Assembly (NCBI GenBank): GCA_040954595.2
Contig: CM082581.2
Coordinates: forward strand, 4,084,699-4,148,698
From: Balanoglossus misakiensis
Taxonomy: Eukaryota; Animalia; Hemichordata
DNA: 64,000 nt
Reading direction: 5' to 3'
Part shown: piece after piece, positions 59,266 through 64,000 of the stretch
How positions within the stretch are numbered: the stretch's first letter is position 1
How the letters are laid out: each line of letters starts with the position of its first letter
Position numbers and translations under genes: made by a program
The notes under the pieces: model-generated
Database searches by the model: none
Seen by the model: only the letters and a program-made list of their open reading frames with translations
Told to the model about the DNA's origin: nothing

Positions 59266-62200
59266 TTACTGGTGAAATGGATTACAGCAATATTTGGCCT
59301 CCCTGGAAGCAAACGTTTTTTCTGTTGTAGTGACAATCATTTTCATAACTTTCGGCCCCTCCCCCAGATATGCAGTGGTCCAGCCCTTATGTGCAAATTT
59401 TGGGCTGAACTCCCATAATACACTATGAGCACGAAATACACGTGCACATATGCACCCAAACGTCAAATGTGCCATTGAATAAAGACAACCAGAGTCTGGG
59501 ATAGCCTCGTCATGAAAATAAACTCTGTCCAACAGCAAGGCTACCACGAGGTCAATAAACATTATGAGAACCAACTGCAATCGCGCTCACGACCTCGAGA
59601 AGTAATCTGCATCACAGTCTTGTGTCTACGTGTAACCGCGGCGACAATAGTCTCCCAAATCAAAAGATTTGCGTGGTTTTATGAGCCTTTACCGCCGCAC
59701 CAGCGGAATTAATTCCACTAAATATACCGCCAAATTCCTCTGTATAAAGGGAATTAGGCAACCATGGGAATACAGTTTTAATAGTTGAGCAAATACCGCG
59801 CTCCTGTGTGGACCCCCCGGGGTGTGGACCAAAACTACGATATTCACTGAATTTCAATGTTTACCTGGTCTCTGTACACAAAGAACCAGACACAAGCAAG
59901 CTATGGATATATGGAACTTGTGAAAACGGTGATGCGCTCTGTCTTCCAAAAGGCTAATATTTCTCTAAAATGTCGAAAATGAATATGAGTTATTTTTATG
60001 TTGAATAAAAAGCAAGATGTTTTGCCTGTAGTGTAGTCGGGCCGTGTAATGAATTGCTGAAGTATGTACCAATACGATTCCTAGATGTAAAGATGTTGCA
60101 TGGTGCATGTGATGTGAAGGCTCTTCTTGTCAAACGCCACTTATACACATCGCGGCGCTCGACTTCAACTCCACCTGCGATTTTGTCAGGTGTCAGTCAT
60201 TAAAAGTTAGGACCGATCCGCAGTAGTCTTACAAGGCTGTCTGTGATTGGTTTATTTATTTATTACTGTTTACAGATGTTAGATCAAACGAGCAAGTGTG
60301 CATCAGGTGAGAAATAAAAAGTTACTATCCCAGGTATGAATTATAACATTGACAATGGTACACGCATTTGCCCTTTTTGCATGTGATCCCCTCGGTAAAG
60401 ACTTCGGAAAGTTGCTGGCGCGACTGCGTCAACTTTCCAGTGTAGTGAAATCCACGATCAAACCATCATCATGACCGTGGTCGTGGTCATCATCATCATC
60501 ATCATCATCCCAACTATAATCCCAATACTTTATTATAATAAATTGCTTTTGAGATGTTCATTGAGAAAAACGTGTCCCTCAATATCACGTGAGAGGCCAA
60601 AGATAATCTCGTCACGAAATATCATACCATCTCCGAGGTCCGGTTTGAATGTGACTCTCTCTGTTTGATCTCAGTTTTCAACTGACTTCCGTAATTTCCC
60701 CGAATCTACTCCTTCTCATAAATATAGCAATTACGATTATGCGCATCTCGGTTTATTTTTTCCAGCACATAATCCATGTGTGAAAGCTTGCAATCATAGA
60801 TACTGACCGGAATAAGCAAGATATAACTTACGGGTGACACGTGTTTGCAACCACACAATCACAGACAAATACAATTTAGAAGCCAGAGCATTATAGCCAA
60901 CCACATACGTTCGGCACCAAACACGATATACAGTTTTTACCTTTGGGCTCTTGGATGTTGTACTGATTTCTACTCATTGGCCGTGGAGTCATTTTAGAAC
61001 ATCATTAATTTTGTAAATGAAACCCATCGATCCGGAGTTTTCATACATACACACGTAAAGAACGTATTTGTGTATACAATTACAAGCTGTAAAAAGTAAT
61101 ATAACTCTTTGACACTCAGATAGCACCTATAATTTCAGAAGTGGTTTATTTTATAAGTATTAATACCGCTAGTTATTGGCGATAGCTTGATTCTTCTATT
61201 CATGTCAAAAGTACCTGATTGGCTGAACTATTTGAACATCACTGGCTAACATCTTCCCTATAGGCAGACTTCAATCTCATGATTTATTGGTACGAACCAC
61301 GTCTCGCATAAATAACCCCCCTTTCACTTCAAACAAACCAAATCCCGAATGATGTCAATTGACAGTCATCTTGTCGCTTGAAGTGATATACTTTTTCTCT
61401 GAGAGTAACTTGTGTCATTTCTGTAGCCTGGCGACGGAGGAATGGGACACGTCAGCTCTCATATCATGTGGCAATCAATCAAAACACTTAGTGATGTTTA
61501 CCGGAAGAAGCGAGTCACTCAAAGCATTGCGCTTATCTATTTTCTATTCAAGGGAAAGCTGTTAATTGCATTTAAGTAAATACTGTCTGGTAGTTTATGT
61601 GCATGATAATCATTGGCGCGCTACAACCTACTTGTTATGGGGTCATTTTTACCTGACGGATACCAGGTACAAGAATGTCATGACCCTAGACACGTGCGAC
61701 GTGCATACCTGGTACGTAGCAACGAGCATATATAGGTAAGATTTAGGCCACACCTTCTGAAAGGTGATGTGACCTATCCTGGTATGATGGGACGCCGTAA
61801 ATGTGGCCTTTTCTACCGCAGATAACCGAACAATCAACACATGTTCCCGGACTCATGACTGACATGCAGAAGTCTTGCAAAGTTGTCTGTGACTGGCTTG
61901 CGTGCTTCAGATTATCAGACGTGTATGTGCAACAGGTTCTAAAAGTTGTGACCCGTGAAATTATATCTTCCTATGCGCAGAAGGTCCGCCATTATCAAAA
62001 GTGATGAATTTTACTGGGATTTTACAGGATCACAGTGGAAACTCAATGGGACAAGAATCACCTGCAATTCATGTACATCTTTTTCAAAGCTACGTACGTT
62101 TCTCATCAAAGACGACTTGAGGGAACATAGAGTTTCAGAAAGCTGATTGTCTGACTATAGTTGATTTAAAAGAAAGTTAACCATGATTTAGACAAACTCA

Positions 62201-63416
62201 TTTTTGTAAATGATGGCATTTATAGGAATTTAACTTCGAGGGTGGATCTGGATGTCGCTAAATGGTCATTCAAAACAGGAGCTTATATGGGACAATCCCA
62301 CTATTTTATTTCTGTTACCCGTTGCCGTTCCTCGTCGACAGTGCTCGTATGATCGATGTTTAAAAACGATGACAATTATTCTGAGACACATTTAAATTGG
62401 CGTTTTTACCCGCTGTTGATAATTTATCGAGAAACGTATGGAAAAAAGTGTAGGAGTTTTTAGATATTCCGGTCAATTCTGAGTCAAGTTATACTCGTTG
62501 AACTTTCGGAAATATTTGTAGTATGGTTAAAAAGTAAAAGGGAAATATTCATGTCAAGTGGACATGTCAACATTTAATAAAAAAAGACACTTTGATGGTT
62601 GGTCTCGTTTTTGACGAAAACGCGTTTCCTTGTCTGCCAGAAAAGTTTACAACTGTAAACATAATCACCACAACGAAATATATAATTAAATCAGTTTCAT
62701 AGAGTCTAGAGATGAGATTGTGTGTAAGCGCATGGGGTAAGAAAGAGTCAGTTGAATTATCGGCGAGGTGAAAGACCGGTTGAAGAACAGGTTCCAAGAC
62801 AGACAACACCATACAGACCAAACAGATAAGACTGGAAAACCCGTCGCTCGAGGGCGCTCGCTGACCCCCCCCCCCCCTCTTTTGCGCGCACTGGAATAGC
62901 CATCGTTCGAGGGCGCTCCACGTCCACCGGGATGGATCGGTAGACAACTGAAACTGTGCATGTTTTTACGTCTGTTCAGTTTGCTTTCCAGTCAGTTTAT
63001 TTACCGTATTCAAAAAAATGCAAGTCGTATCTGTAGTGTGTTGGAAACGTAGACCGTAGGTCTATTTAGCCCGGCCCGACTCCACGAAGTGAGACGTCAA
63101 TGTTCTTGGCAAAATGGGCATGTCCTTGAAACTGCTCGCATGCGTGTTTTCAAAGCTTCATCCGAAATAGCGTTTTCGGCCAATATACGGCAATGCTCGA
63201 ACTCAACGGATGATGGAGCCATTTAAATAAAGACTAAGTTTTTTTTTAAATCTCGGAGCTACTATTGATTTATATTTATATCCAACGTCAAAGTCCAACA
63301 CAGATTATGAGATGGTTACAAAGTGGGGGTTTGCTTGTTACTATCTCTGCGTCTCGTGGTGGCTGAAACTCAACATTATCGTTGAGGGCGCTAACACTAT
63401 CGGGAATGTTCACAAA

Positions 63417-63665
<249 letters not shown>

Positions 63666-64000
63666 TCCCCCCCCCCTTCTTATGGAGGCGAACTCTTTTA
63701 AAGCATCTCGTAATAAATTCCGGAGTCGCAGGAGCTTTATTCTCCTCATGTGAATGAAATTCAGGCGGAATTCCTTTATAATGATATTGCGTCCTCTCCA
63801 TGGAGAAAGGGACTGTCGCTTTTACGTCCTTAGTTCCCCTTCCGCGAAGAGTTTTAGTGGAAATGTCGAGTAGTATTAAGAAACGGCTTTTAATGATTTA
63901 CGTGAGGGTGGAGGTTTTTCAAAATCTTTTTGTCCACATCCGCCAATTACCGGTAAGACATGCACTGATATTCGTGCAGCCACGGAGCCGCGCTTTCTTT

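Noticed and set aside
61577-61600. aatactgtctggta resembling the miR-8/200 family
   Set aside because: The 5' base and 3' half differ, and no complementary arm is seen.

Overview
Animal (non-bacterial) genomic DNA, AT-rich; probably an invertebrate deuterostome, which is an inference from the FGFR sequence and repeat types. The main feature is a complete fibroblast growth factor receptor (FGFR) gene on the + strand. I assembled 15 coding exons by hand from 36427 to 53036, with consistent splice phases, giving 2667 nt and 888 aa. Domain order: signal peptide, Ig1, acidic linker, Ig2, Ig3, TM, juxtamembrane, split tyrosine kinase, YLDL tail. The gene has a CpG-rich promoter/first-exon region at about 30.2-33.1 kb and a probable ~3.2 kb 3'UTR. 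Two unannotated frame-preserving cassette exon candidates lie in the ligand-binding region: a 27-nt microexon in Ig2 and a 90-nt two-cysteine exon in Ig3. The Ig3 second-half exon uses a GC-AG donor. The upstream ~30 kb has no recognisable protein-coding exons, but it is strongly CpG-depleted and has exon-like segments, suggesting a hidden transcription unit. A possible divergent minus-strand gene starts near 2.4 kb. Several non-autonomous transposons (Helentron/HINE-like, Tc1/mariner-, piggyBac-, Harbinger-, P- and AcademH-like), minisatellites and microsatellites are present. Most ORFs in the supplied track are spurious.
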